Shown: positions 25,038 to 37,430 of the stretch, piece by piece | Numbering within the stretch: position 1 is the stretch's first letter | How the letters are laid out: the number at the start of each line of letters is the position of its first letter | The notes under the pieces: model-generated | The model's input: the letters and a program-made list of their open reading frames with translations, nothing else | What the model was told of the DNA's origin: nothing | The model's database searches: none | Program-made: the position numbers and the translations under genes | Assembly: GCF_000372725.1 (NCBI RefSeq) | Contig: NW_005201791.1 | Span: forward strand, 362,553-419,573 | Source: Emiliania huxleyi CCMP1516 | Lineage: Eukaryota | Direction: 5' to 3' | DNA: 57,021 bases

Positions 25038-28000
25038 GTGCGCTTCCTGCCAGGCGCTAGCGGTGGAGCTTGGCTGGCTCGATACTGTGCACTCAGGCCC
25101 GGTGAACCAGACGGGCTGCGTGGTGACGACGCGCTGGATGCCGTGCCGACGGCCGACAAGATGCCCGACGCGACGGGTGGGACCATGTCAAGCCGGGGGC
25201 GGTGTTATTTAGCCGCAAGTCTTAGATCTACCGGGAATGCACGCAGCGCCAGAAGGCCGCGGTGTGGCTCTGCGAAGGCTGCCACACGCACACACAACAC
25301 ACACATGCACGCCTCCCTGTTGCGAGCCGCTCTCGAGGAGACGGCGTGCAGCCTGCAGTGGCAGCCTTTTGCCTCGCTCCGCGGCGCAGAGGGTCGCTAC
25401 ACGGTGAACACAACGTCCGGCTTCATCCCGGACGGCTCCGAGATCGACCTAGTGCCCGAGAACCGCCACCTCTTTCGGGGCACCACGCCGGCGCCACGGT
25501 CTGACGCGGAGGCGCTCGCACGGCGCGCGAGCGTGCTTCCTCGCGGCGAGCTGCTAGCCGGCGTGTGCACGAGCGCTGCCGCGCCCGATCCGGAGCAGGC
25601 CGACGACAGCTTTGCGTTTGGAGTGCACGGAGTAGACGGGCGATCGTCAGGGCCCGGGCCAGACGCTTCGCTCGCCATCGGCAGTGCGGGCGGGGAGAGC
25701 GACACCGGCGGCGGCGGCGGCGAGTGGCACACAGTCCGTGTCGGGCCGATGGAGTCGACCGGAGGGTTCGACTTTTGGTTCCTCGGGTGGGACGACTTTG
25801 CGGTGATCTCGGCATATCCCTCGTGCAATCTCGGGCGATCTCGTGCCATCTCGGGTGATCTCGGGCCATCTCGCCGTCGCGCAGGGGCTCAGTGAGCCGA
25901 TCGCAGCACACGGCGCCGTCTGCGCCACGGGCGCGCTCATCACCCTGGTGCGAGATATGGGGAGATATGGGGAGATATGGGGCGCGCTCATCACCCTGGT
26001 GCTCCCTTGATATACCCTAAGTTTCTCCGAGACCTCGCGAGCGGGCGGTTATTCACAGCTGGGCAGTGTGGGATGGGCAGGGGTGGGCAGTGTGGGTTTC
26101 ACACCCGGGGCAGGTAGGGGATCGGGCAGGCCAGTTGTGCGGCAGTGTGCGGGCAGTGTAGTGCGGCAGGGCAGGGCAGGGCAGGGCAGGGCATACTACT
26201 TAGAGAGGCGGAGACACCGTCTGACCAGCCACACTGCGGTACGGGTGGGGTGCAAGAGAAGGCGGAGGGAACTGTCACACGGGAGCGGCACAGACACAAC
26301 GAGCAGCCTTGAACTCTTCCCCCGTGCGTGGACTGTGGGCTCCAACTGGGCTGCCAGGTGGACGAGGCCGGGCGCCCGATCGGCCAGCCGCCGCTGCACA
26401 TCCACCATGCCTTTCTCAACCTCGAGAGCAGCGGCAGCCGGCACCACACCACCGACACGCGCGCCTGCCTCCTGCTCGGCCGGCGCTGCCCTGGAGGGGC
26501 GGCGATGTTTGCTGGTGCGGCCGACTTCGAGCAGCTGCAGCGCGTCTTCTCGATGCGCCTCACCGTCGAGGAGCCTCTGAACGCGCGCGCCATGGTCAAT
26601 GACGCCCGGCCGCGCGGGTCGGCGCCAATGCGGTGGTACGTCCAGCTGTCGCTACGCACGTCCCCCGGCCGCTGCGAGGCGCGAATATCTCCCCACATCT
26701 CCCGTATCTCCCCCATATCTCCCCATATCTCGCAGCCGCTCGACGTCCTCGTCTCTAGACACGGAACATCTCCCCACATCTCCCGTATCTCCCCCATATC
26801 TCCCCATAGGACGCGCACTCCGTCGTGTCGGTCTTCCACCCCGGGCTGCTCTCCAAGTTCACCACGCTGCAGGTGCCCGCATGCGGACACGCACGTCCCA
26901 CCCGCAGCACACACACTCAGGGGCGAGGGACGGCAGCACAACTCCTCGCCGCGGGGCCAGCACGCGCGCGTGGCAATCTCCCCATATCTCCCCATATCTC
27001 CCCATATCACCGCGCCGCGGGGCCAGCACGCGCGCGTGGCAAGCCGGCCGGCTGGCACCGACACCCTCCCGGACCTCCCCATATCTCCCCATATCTCCCC
27101 ATATCACCGGCGGACTTCGACCGACACCCGCCCGGATCTCCCCATATCTCCCCATATCACCAGAGGGGCTTCGACCGACACACCGCCCGGACCGGTGACA
27201 CTAAATGGCAGCGGAGTTGCGCGTGTCCAGCATGTCAGGTGCGAGATATGGTGAGATATGGGGAGGTGTGGGGAGAGATGGGGAGAGATGGGGAGAGATG
27301 GGGAGAGATGGCGTCTACTACAGGTGCCCGCCACCGAGGACTCCTTCTACTACTACACCTTCCGCCTCCCCTTTTCGGGCTCGCTGCTGCCCCCCGGCAG
27401 GGAGCGCGAGGCGCCGCCGCCCATGCTGCACACGCACCCCGGCCTTCATTGTAGCTCATTCTAGGTCTTCGTCTTCTTCTTCTGAGTTCGTAGGCGCCGT
27501 CGATGCTGCACACGCACCCGGCCTTTCTTCAGCGTGTCTTCCTTCTCAACGGCTCGCCGTCCTAGAAGCGGAGTACCTCCCCATATCTCCACATATCTCC
27601 CCATATCTCCCCACATCTCCCCATATCTCCCCATATCTCGCGCCTAGAAGCGGAGTACGCACTCTTGTCTCCCAACCAGCGCCCGAGAGGACACACAGAC
27701 TCAGCTGCACTCGGCCGTAGCCCGCGATCTTCCCTGCATTCGCCTCCCTCGTATCCACGCGGTGCCCTTGAGTACACCGCGCACAGCCGCCCCGAGGCTG
27801 GCGTATGCGAAGCGAAGGCACCCCGTCGCAGCTCGCCCTCCCCGCGCTGCCCCCGTTTTGCTCGTGGCTCGGAATCGGCGGCCGCGACTGCACGCTGCCG
27901 CCCACCGCCGCCGCGGCCACCTCCAACGCGCGACTCGCTGCGGCGGCGGAGCGGCGCTTCCAGCCGTGCCGCCAGCGGCCGCGCCCGTCTGCCATGCCGC

Positions 28001-28848
28001 GCGTGGGCGAGCTCGCTTGCGACGCGTGGTCCTTTGAGCGCGGGGACGCGGTCACGCTGCTCGCCCTCTTCGGGCCAGGCAACACGAGCGGGTGGAGGGG
28101 CATGGCGGCGTGGGCGCCGCCGGGGTGTGAACGGCGTCTCTTCACAGCGGCAGCCGTGAACAGGTGGAGGGGCATGGCGGCGTGGGCGCCGCCGGGGTGT
28201 GAACGGCGTCTCGTCACAGCGGCAGCCGTGAACAGGTGGAGGGGCATGGCGGCGTGGGCGCCGCCGTCGCTGCTCCACGAGGCCAAGGCGGCGGAGGCGG
28301 ACTTTTTGCGCAAGGGGGGGCGGGACGGGTTTGAGCGGGGGGGGTCCGACTACCTAGAAGCGGAACACGCAGTCTTGTTTTCCAACCAGCGCTCGAGAGG
28401 GCACGCACTCCGCTGTACTCGGCCGCATTCCGCTGTGTGCCCTGTATTCGCCTCCGTTGTATTCACGCGGTGCTCTGAATACGCTGCACACAATACCGTC
28501 CTCCCGCCCTGAGGTTGGCGTCTTCAGCACGTAGGCTCTACTACCCCAGCCACGTCACCGTCTACCTGCGCGCGCGCGCCGCCGACGGCAGATCGCACTA
28601 CCCCTTCCTCTGGGCGGGGCCCGACGGCGGCTGTGGCGAATTGTGTGAACGGCGTCGCTTCACAGCGGCAGCTGTGCGCAGGCGGGCCCCGACGACGGCG
28701 CCTTCGAGACAACCTTTTGGGCGCCGTCCGACGCGCTCGCGCTCGCGCTGCTCCCGTTCGCCCCGACCGGCGCCTTCCGCCTCCTCTCCTCGCGGCGCCT
28801 CTCGCTCACGCCGGCACTCGTCGCCCTCGTCGCCCTCGCCGCCGCTCT

Positions 28849-28879
<31 letters not shown>

Positions 28880-29014
28880 ACTCCGCGCGTGCGGGCGTTC
28901 GCTCGGCGGGGGAGGGGCGGCGAGGGCGAGGTGCGCTTCTCCTTCTACCGCCCCTCCTCCTGGGCGGGAGGGCTGACCCACCCGCACTGGAGGGACCGCA
29001 AGAGCCTGCAGTAA
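25038..29014 (+). CDS. Hypothetical multi-exon protein with His motifs and C-terminal hydrophobic helix
   Basis: Coding-like exons separated by repeat-filled introns: VGPMESTGGFDFWFLGWDDF; PPLHIHHAFL; VNDARPRGSAPMRWYVQL; VPATEDSFYYYTFRLPFSG; MLHTHP; CDAWSFERGDAVTLLALF; ALVALVALAAALAA. Start uncertain. Confidence 0.6.
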
Positions 29015-29346
29015 GGCCCGAGGGGCGAGGGCGGTGGGGGCCCACCGAGGTGCGAGGTCACAACACTGAGAAGTGTAAGTGGCGCGCGTTTGCGGTGGCA
29101 GAGCGCTCCCTGTAGCTGTACGTAATAGCTAACTGTTAGAACTGTGCGTGATGCGGCGTGAGTGTTACTGGCGGCGCGACCCTTGGGGGGGCGCTTGCGG
29201 CCCTGGAAGGGCGTTTCCGGGCGTTTTCAGGTGGGTTTCCCCCCAGCGCCCAGGCATGACTTTCGTCTAAGGTTCCTATTTGTTTGTTTGGGGGATGGAA
29301 AGATGTGATGTGAAGGAGAGTGAAAACAGAAAAGGTTGTGAACATC

Positions 29347-29377
29347 CACGCACGCACGCACGCACGCACACACGCAC

Positions 29378-29411
<34 letters not shown>
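29347..29411. repeat. (CACG)n/(CA)n microsatellite
   Basis: Directly visible. Confidence 0.95.
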
Positions 29412-29414
<3 letters not shown>

Positions 29415-29566
29415 ACTCGTTGGATCGATAGCTAGGGTTGGCGCCCTTTGATGTTCGCGGCCGAAAATTGCCGTGCCGGCGTGCCGTGCTCCACCTCGCC
29501 CTCCCGAATTCCCGATCGCCCTAGTTGGGGTCCTCGCCGCCCGAGATCGCCCGTCCTCGCTCGAGA

Positions 29567-30466
29567 TCACCCGCGGTAAGCCCAGTCGTCGAGATCCCCC
29601 GTCCTCCCATCAAGGGCCCCTACATTACCCTGGGAGGTTTCCATCTTCTGTGGGAAGGCTGGGGCGCGGATGACCGGCTGCGAGCCATCGGCGGAGTAGG
29701 GGCACGTCATAGTGTACACCAGCAAATCTCGGGTCCCTCCAATTCGCACGCTCGTGCGATTGAACACCATGCAGATCTCGTTCTCGGTTTGCTCGCAGTG
29801 GAGGTAAGGAAACTCCACACCGGGGTGTGGCATCTCAGAAGACAGGTACTCCTCAACATTTGACTTGAACTCCTCTTCGATCTGTTCTTGGCTCAGGCAC
29901 GTTCCGTTGCAGAATGACTTGGGGCATGCGAACAAGCAGTAGTTGCGGAACGGCTGCGAAGGGCTCCCGCCGCCAGAGTTGCACGTGTACCAACCGTCTG
30001 CGATCGTGCTCGGGACGCGTGCTCCTGGGTCCGACGCGGAGATGAACTTGCCGTCCGCCCGTGGCAGGGAGGACCAAGTGCACGACGACTGCAGGCGGCG
30101 GCGGCCGCCCTCGTGCGAATGGTTGTGGCAGCAGGGCAGGTCGGGGTGATCTGCGCAGGTGCTGCAGATGGCCGCCGTGGCCGCCGGCGGCAAGTGGTCG
30201 CCTTTGTCGGAGGGGGCGGTGTCCTGGGCCAGGTGCCCGGACGTCGCCTCCGCCGGAAGGCTGCACGTCACGGGGCAGGCCATCTTCACTTCTTCGACGC
30301 ACGCCTCGTCGCACGCTGCGTTGGCCGAGTCGCAGATGCCAAAGCCTTTCGCTTGCTCGCACGTCGGGACGAAGCCGGCCTCGCACGGCGCCAGAGCCGG
30401 GGCGAAGGTTGGCTTGCGCGCCCTTGGAGTGATGTTCGTCAGGGCGGTGACGGCGAAGGCAAACAT
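29567..30466 (-). CDS. Cys-rich, probably secreted protein with ShK-like modules
   Basis: Intronless 299 aa ORF with C..TCEQAKGFGIC...MACPVTC (ShKT-like ending), a basic RRRL site and a second YCLFACPKSFC module. Confidence 0.6.
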   Translation of the reverse strand: MFAFAVTALTNITPRARKPTFAPALAPCEAGFVPTCEQAKGFGICDSANAACDEACVEEVKMACPVTCSLPAEATSGHLAQDTAPSDKGDHLPPAATAAICSTCADHPDLPCCHNHSHEGGRRRLQSSCTWSSLPRADGKFISASDPGARVPSTIADGWYTCNSGGGSPSQPFRNYCLFACPKSFCNGTCLSQEQIEEEFKSNVEEYLSSEMPHPGVEFPYLHCEQTENEICMVFNRTSVRIGGTRDLLVYTMTCPYSADGSQPVIRAPAFPQKMETSQGNVGALDGRTGDLDDWAYRG

Positions 30467-30510
30467 CGAAGAGGGGGGGTCTGAGGCTCGGTAACTAGCA
30501 GATACTGTGT

Positions 30511-30573
30511 TCTCGAGGTTCTCGAGGTGGATATCCTTAGGCCGCGTTGGGTAGCGAGGATTGGTGTAACCCG
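30511..30573 (-). repeat. Family D 63-bp dispersed element
   Basis: Matches 23073-23135. Confidence 0.85.
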
Positions 30574-30673
30574 AGCCACGGAGGCGTGTTTTCTGGCGGC
30601 CGACCGTCAGTGCACGGAGTTGCCACTTCTCCGACTGCCCCGGCTAGTTCCCGAGGTCGTCGGGTGTGACCCC

Positions 30674-30706
<33 letters not shown>

Positions 30707-31287
30707 TGGCCTGTCCGAGGGTTTCCTCTCGCACCCTACCTGGTTTCCTTTCCGTGTTTCCTGCTCGTTTCCCTACAACACCCTCTAGTTTCCTCGGGAA
30801 ACCCCGGGGAAACTCCGTGGAATTCGTCATTTTGGGGGGGCTCTGAGCCGTGTCTGAGGCTGTTTTGGGGCCAAAATCGGCAAAATACCGGGTATTTTGC
30901 GGGTATACCTGGAAAACCCCGGTATACCTGGAAAATACCTGGGTATCGTGCCGATTTCCTCAATTTTGCCCCAGATTTTGCCCCAGACCAGCTCTCAGAC
31001 TCAGGGAAACTCGCGAGTTTCCCGAGAGCCTCTGCCTTGCGCGCGCCCGCCCTTCGCCGCCCCGCACAACCACACACCCCACACGCACATACCAGGCAAA
31101 TTAGGCGTGGTGTGCAAGTTTTTTATTTGAGAGCGCCTTCGTTGTTAATAGTACAAACCCAATCCTTGCTAGCGGTCCTTCGTTGCAGTCGCACACACTC
31201 ACACGCCACGCCGCACCGCGCGCCCGCCTATGGCCGACAGTTTCTTATTTACCGTGCACTACGGCGTCGGCGTGAAGCAAAGGCTGG

Positions 31288-33075
31288 ATGGCCTACTGTT
31301 CATCAAACCAGTTCAACTCGGCATTTGTGCTCGTGCTCTTTGGCGCCGTCCTTCTGCTCTCCAGTCTCGACGTGCAGCCCGCACGCGTCGCCGACGTGCG
31401 GTGGACGCGCAGCGATGACGGGCGCCGGCCGGCCGCTGTGAGCGTTCACGCAGGAGATCGTCGACGCGCAGGGGGGACTTCGGAGGTGCCGCGAGCGGAG
31501 GACGCGCGGCTGAGGGCCAGCCTTCCAGCTAACCGTCCCGCCGTCGGCACATGCGAGTCGCTCGAGTGCGCGGCGCGGCTTGGGGTGAGCGAGCCGTCGT
31601 GGGTGGACCTCACCTTCCAGCCACGGATCGACTGGAGGGGCGGCGGCGTGCGAGGTGACTGTGTCGCCGGTGAGCTCGAGTACATCATGCCCAAGTACTG
31701 CTCTCCCCGCGCCAAGAGGGCGGGCGGGTGGCCTTCTGAGGCGCGGCTGCGCGAGGCGGACGTGCACGCGAGCGGGCTGCCGCAGGCGGGAGAGATGGGG
31801 AGAGATGGAGAGACATGGGGAGAGATGGGGAGAGAGATGGGGAGGGGTGATGAGAGCTGGACGTGCACGCGAGACGGGCCGCGGAGACGAGACGAGATGG
31901 CCCGAGAGATGACCCGAGATGCCCCGAGATGCCCCGAGATGCCCCGAGATGACCCGAGATGACAGGGAGGGCAGCCGGGAGCAACAGCCGCGCAGCAAAC
32001 GAGCACCATAAATTGTGCACGCCTTCCTGCTGCGCCTCTCTCTCTGAGGAAAACTCCTGGCCTGCCGCAGGCGGGCCTGGGCGAGCTGGCTGCGCTGCTG
32101 GGCGGCAAGAGCGCTGCTCGTGGTGCGAGACTCGGTGATGGAGCAGGTTTGACCAGAAGAAGACTGTGACAACCCTAGGCAAGACGCTGCTCGTGATGGG
32201 CGACTCGGTGATGGAGCAGTTTTACAACACGCTGCAGTGCCTCGCGGCGAAAGAGTCGCTCAAGGTGCGAGATAGGGGGAGATATGGGGAGATATGGGGA
32301 GATACGGGGAGATAGGGGGAGAGATGCAGTGCCTCGCGGCGAAAGAGTCGCTCAAGGTGCGAGATAGGGGGAGATACGGGGAGATACGCCCCCCCTCCCT
32401 GGAAGCGATGATTGAGTGCGCCTGCTCCAAGCGACCGCCACTGTGCCACACCGGAGTCCGCTTCCCCCCCCCCTCGCTCAAGGTGCGAGATATGGGGAGA
32501 TATGGGGAGATATGGGGAGGTGTGCCACACCGGAGGCCGTCCGCTCCCCCTCCTCACTCATGGTGCCCCACTCGACCCAATTAGTTATTAATTAACTGTT
32601 AATTAAATGTTAATTAACATCGAGGCGCCCCACTCGGCCTCGCACGAGTCCTTCCTCCCCATATCTCCCCATATCTCCCCATATCTCCCCATATCTCCCC
32701 TCAAGGTGCCCCACTCGGCCTCGCACGAGTCCTTCCTGCTCGCGACCAAGCCCCTCTGGAACAGAGGCAAGCGGAAGAAGCCGCCCAAGCTGCCCGTCGA
32801 GGTGGCCAGCGGGATGCGGATGACGTATGCTGCTGTGAACAGCGTCTCCTCACACCTCTAGCTGTGAACAGGTGGCCAGCGGGATGCGGATGACGTATGC
32901 TGCTGTGAACAGCGTCTCCTCACACCTCTAGCTGTGAACAGGTGGCCAGCGGGATGCGGATGATGTATGCGCGCGTGACGACGATGCAGCCGGACGAGGT
33001 CGAGGCGGCAATTGGCTCGGCCGACGTTGTGCTCCTCAACTGGGGACTTCACTACCAGGTGGACACACACACACA

Positions 33076-33122
<47 letters not shown>

Positions 33123-34618
33123 GCACCCCGCCCACCCACGCGCGCGCGCACCGGGCCTTGCACCTTTAGTGCCGCGGGGCTCCTGTCGTCTAGACGTGGA
33201 GTCGGAGGGCTGCCCTGCCCTTCACCACCTCGTGTGTGTGGAGAAGTGTACCTAGCTTACCTCACCTTACCTACCAGGAGATGGACGGCTACCGCACGGA
33301 CCTGCACCACTCGATGGCACGCCTCGAGGCCTTCGCGGCGGAGCCGGGCCGGGCGGCGCTCTTCCAGGAGACGGGCGCGCAGCACTTCAAATCGTCAGAC
33401 CGGCGCGGCTATGCCACCGGCGAGTGGGAGCAGCGCGACAAGAGCAGCGACAAGCTCTGCTCGTGCCAGCGGACGGAGGACTTCAACGTCAACACACGCA
33501 ACCGCGTGCTGCATGAGGCGAGCGAGATGCAGCCGAGATTATGCAGCCGAGATTATGCAGCCGAGATGCAGCCGAGATGCAGCCGAGATGCAGCCGAGAT
33601 GCAGCCGAGATGCAGCCGAGATGCAGCCGAGATGCAGCCGAGATGCAGCCGAGATGCAGCCGAGATGCAGCCGAGGTGTTAGCGCCGAGAAGCAGCGCCG
33701 AGAAGTAGCGCAACCGCACGAGTCAGATAGATTGTGTGCAGCCCCCCCCCCCNNNNNNNNNNNNNNNNNNNNNNNNNNNNNNNNNNNNNNNNNNNNNNNN
33801 NNNNNNNNNNNNNNNNNNNNNNNNNNNNNNNNNNNNNNNNNNNNNNNNNNNNGGGGGGGTTTTTTCCGGGGAAGGGGGGGGCGGCTTTTAAAATTTTAAA
33901 ACGGGGGGGGTTTTCCCCCCGGGGAGGGGGAGAAGCGCCAAAAAAAAAGGGAAAATTTTTTTTTGTTCCAGGGGGGGGGGGATTTTAAGGTAAACACCCG
34001 CAACCGGTTTTTTCTTGAGGGGAGGGAAATCCCCCCGAATTTTTCCCCCCGAAATTTTCCCCCCGAAATCCCCCCGAAATCCCCCCAAAATCCCCCCGAA
34101 ATCCCCCCGAAATCCCCCCAAAATCCCCCCGAAATCCCCCCAAAATCCCCCCGAAATCCCCCCAAAATCCCCCCGGGGTTTTAGCCCCGAAAAACACCCC
34201 CAAAAATTAGCCCCCCCCCCCGATTAAAAAAATTTTGGGGCCCCCCCCCCCCCCCCCAAAGGTGCTGGGCTGGGGGTCCTACCCCCACGGGGGGTTCCTC
34301 CCCTTTTAAAACCTCACCCTGCCGGGGGGGGGGCCCCCCCCCCCCCCCCCCCACGCGCGGCACTGCCCTTGCTCCCCTGCGAGCTGGGTCTCCTCACACC
34401 CGCCGTGCGCTCTTAACAGGCGGTGGCACTTTGGAAACTGCACGCACCGCCCCAACGGGTGGAACTACGACACGTGCTGCGACTGCACCCACTTCTGCTT
34501 CTCGCCGGCGATGTGGGGCGCCCACCTGCACAGCCTGCTCGCGGTTCTGCGGCGTACGGCGGTCGCGGAGAAGCCGGCTGAGACCGTGCGCGAGAGGGTC
34601 GCGCGAGGCGCAGCTTGA
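31288..34618 (+). CDS. TBL/PC-esterase (SGNH-type) family putative polysaccharide O-acetyltransferase, type II membrane, multi-exon
   Basis: N-terminal TM helix, then GKTLLVMGDSVMEQFY (GDS), DVVLLNWGLHY, FQETGAQHF and C-terminal DCTHFC (DxxH). Confidence 0.85.
33059..33277 (+). mobile_element. Family A element forming an entire intron
   Basis: GT...AG intron whose whole body aligns with 53655-53852 (reverse) and 56445-56589. Confidence 0.8.
33523..33675. repeat. 11-bp intronic tandem repeat (GAGATGCAGCC)n
   Basis: Directly visible after a GC donor. Confidence 0.92.
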
Positions 34619-35445
34619 GCGAAACACGCCGACGAGGGCTTACCCACAGGATTTAGGCATCGCTAAGAAAAAAACGGCAACGAGGGGGGCCTTAATTAAA
34701 AAGAGAAAAATCACCTTAACACTCGATCGTCTCGCCCTCCCTCGCTATCGCAGCGCACTCCCGCTCGCCGTCTGTGAGCCTAGCGCAGCGGCTAGCGCGA
34801 ACTCGCCGTCTGAGCCTAGCGCAGCGGCGAACTCGCTCTGAGCCTAGCGCAGCGCCTCGGAAAACACCATTTTGGCTCGCCAACAAGCCCTCCAATAATA
34901 AATAAATAGAGCAAGCCCTCCACGCCCCTTAATTAAGCCCTTATGATAGAGGGAGCGGACCGTGAGTTGAGGAAATCGAGGGACGCGACCCACTTCGCCA
35001 CAGACGGTCCCGCGCCTCGCCGCTATGACGGGCACACGCCCCGCACCGTCCGCTGTGTGCCCGTCTTTGTCCGGAGTGAAAAGTCCAACGCGCTCGTCGG
35101 TGGCGGCTTCCCTCAACCTGCGCCGCGCTCGGCGAACCTCGACAGCGCTTTCGGTGGCATGCAGCTCTTTGCGACAGAAGCCTGGAGAGCAGCTCCTCTG
35201 CTGCTCACACACTCTGCACAGTTGACACAGCCTACTGTGCGGCTGCCACAGCTGTGACAGCGATGGGCTCGCCCTCACTGGCCCTCAGTCACTTGTGCTG
35301 CGGCTTGTGTGAGCGACACTGCTCGGCGACTGCCGGCACACTGTGAGACCATGGGTGTGAGGTTAAACCACGCTACCAGCGCTTGGTCACATCGGCCCCG
35401 AGATCAGATCCTTCTACTCTGTTGATGACAAGACTTGTCTACTGG

Positions 35446-35811
35446 CTAAAGCCGAGCAGGAGGGCCCAGCGCATAACCCTTGGTCAACTCAGGGTCCACA
35501 CCCCGTATCCGGTTTGAAAATTCTTTCTGGACGGCTACGGTGAGGACGACGGCTTCTGAGGAAGCCGTCGCCCGTGCCTTGCCTGTCGCGTGAATCGTGT
35601 TGTGCGACCGGATCCGCCCGGCGGCGCCCTCGCCCGGCGGCGCGAGCCCTTGCGCAGCCGGGTCTTGGTCTTGCGCAGCCGGGTCTTGCGCAGCCGGCTG
35701 GCGGCGCTGTTCGCGCTCGGCCTTGTCCTCGGCGAGCTGAGAGAGGATGCGGCGGCGCTCGGTGTCGTCCTTGCGGCGGAGCGCCTTGAGCTCGGCAGCC
35801 TTGTTAGACAT
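35446..35811 (-). CDS. Short hypothetical coiled-coil protein or fragment
   Basis: ATG-initiated 121 aa ORF with ERRRILSQLAEDKAEREQRR; no recognisable domain. Confidence 0.3.
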   Translation of the reverse strand: MSNKAAELKALRRKDDTERRRILSQLAEDKAEREQRRQPAAQDPAAQDQDPAAQGLAPPGEGAAGRIRSHNTIHATGKARATASSEAVVLTVAVQKEFSNRIRGVDPELTKGYALGPPARL

Positions 35812-36120
35812 TTGGCCAGGGTCCCCCCGGTCGGATCGGTCTTCTTGGCAGCACCTTTTCGGCCGGGGTCACCTTCGGCCGCGACTGGTTCGGGCTCCGT
35901 GATGTGAGGGAAGCGGATGGAAGGAGAGAATTTCCATGTTACGAAAAACGCAAAAACAAAATCCACGGCATGCACACGCACATGTCAACCATGAGTGCGA
36001 GAGATAGGGCTAGCAGTAGCCCGCTGTGGGCATCTGCCAGCGTCGGTCACCGGCCGACAGGTGCCGCGGGTGAGGCGGCTCGGCTGCATTTTGAACCATG
36101 ACCACTCTGAGCAGGGCCGT

Positions 36121-36253
36121 GTATGTATGTATGTAGTAAGGTGAAGAACAGTCAGGCTCGGACTGGACACCAACGCGGTATGGGTGGACGCAAGACAGAT
36201 GATGACGACACGCACGAGCGACACACAGACACAAACAAGCTCACAAGACACAC
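36121..36253 (-). mobile_element. Family B element (may extend further to about 37300)
   Basis: Aligns with 11929-12061; the tail here is (TACA)n. Confidence 0.75.
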
Positions 36254-37430
36254 AGCCAGCGGGCTGCCACACATCCTGAGTGGGCGTACACATCACTCAG
36301 GCCACGTCCCCCCTGTCGCCCCCCCCAGCACTCCAAGGTGCCAAGAGACAAACAACAGCACAACAACACAGACAGGCGACAGGCGCGAACGTGTGAGACT
36401 AGAGCAGGCTTGCTCCGCCTCTAGCAATCTCGTCGCCGGCCGCAAGGCACGGACGAGACCGTGTGTGGGGTCTTGTGAGGTGTCTATGGACGCCCTCCTC
36501 ACAGGCTATTGGCCAGCCGCTAGCCCTAACTCGCACTCATGGGTGACGACAGTTCATTGGATGAGTGGTTGCGAGCAGAGGCGCGTGTGCTGAATCTAGA
36601 TCGCACGCCGTGGCATATGACTTGGGTAGGCGTGCGACCGCAGCGCGCCCGCCGAAGGCTCGACCGGGCGCGCGTGTCAGCCAGAAGTTTGCCAGTAGAG
36701 CGATCCTGGTCTTTCCGAAGACGAGCCCCGCGCCACGGGTGCCAGCCGTGCCTCCGCGGGAGCCGCCTCTCGAGCCGCGTCCCGCCGGCACTGTCCCTGA
36801 GTGCGTCCCGCCTTGGTTGGCGACACGCACTCGACGAGGGCAGTCCAGCCGACGGGAACGTGTCGCGCGCCGGCGACGAATGCGGCGGGGTGGGTGTGGG
36901 TACCGAGCGCCGCTTCGGCGAAGCGAGGTTGGCAGGCGCCCCTCACGAGTCCGTTCAGACATGCCACACGCCCCTCGCAAGCGAGGTTAGTAGGCGCCCC
37001 TGGCGAGACCCGCAAGAGATGCCACACCACCCTCGTACCTATACTCCACCAATGAGAAGGTGAAGAGATCTTATCGGCCAGGCGGGCAGGGCAGGCGGGC
37101 GGGCGGGCGGGCGGGGTCGGTGGAGACTATTCCTAGCGGGGTATCCCCTCCCGACCCACCTTCCGAACGGCCTACACCCTATCCAGGCTCCGAACATAGT
37201 TGGTTTACGGGTCAGTCGGGGGACCCACTAGGGGGCGGCCCCTCACACGACTGCCCAGTGGGCCCAGGGATGGCGGTGGCGAGTCACTCCGGAGCAGAAT
37301 AGAGGTGCGCACGAGGCAGGTGGCATAGCACTGCCCACCCCCTTCCACCCCCCCTCGCCCTTCGCAGCCTCGGCCGTGCTTTGGTGGGGTCCGCTTCCTC
37401 CTATCCAGCTTGCAGCCCGAACCCTGGCAC

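Noticed and set aside
33853..34355. (AAATCCCCCCG)n array and odd ORFs after the gap
   Set aside because: It reads as a degraded duplicate of about 33355-33680 (for example GATTTTAAGGTAAACACCCGCAACC versus GACTTCAACGTCAACACACGCAACC); an assembly artefact.
36254..37400. Possible autonomous retroelement body or 5' ribozyme extending from the family B tail
   Set aside because: Hairpins are present (for example CCTGAGTG...CACTCAGG), but no reverse transcriptase or endonuclease motifs and no definable ribozyme fold were seen.
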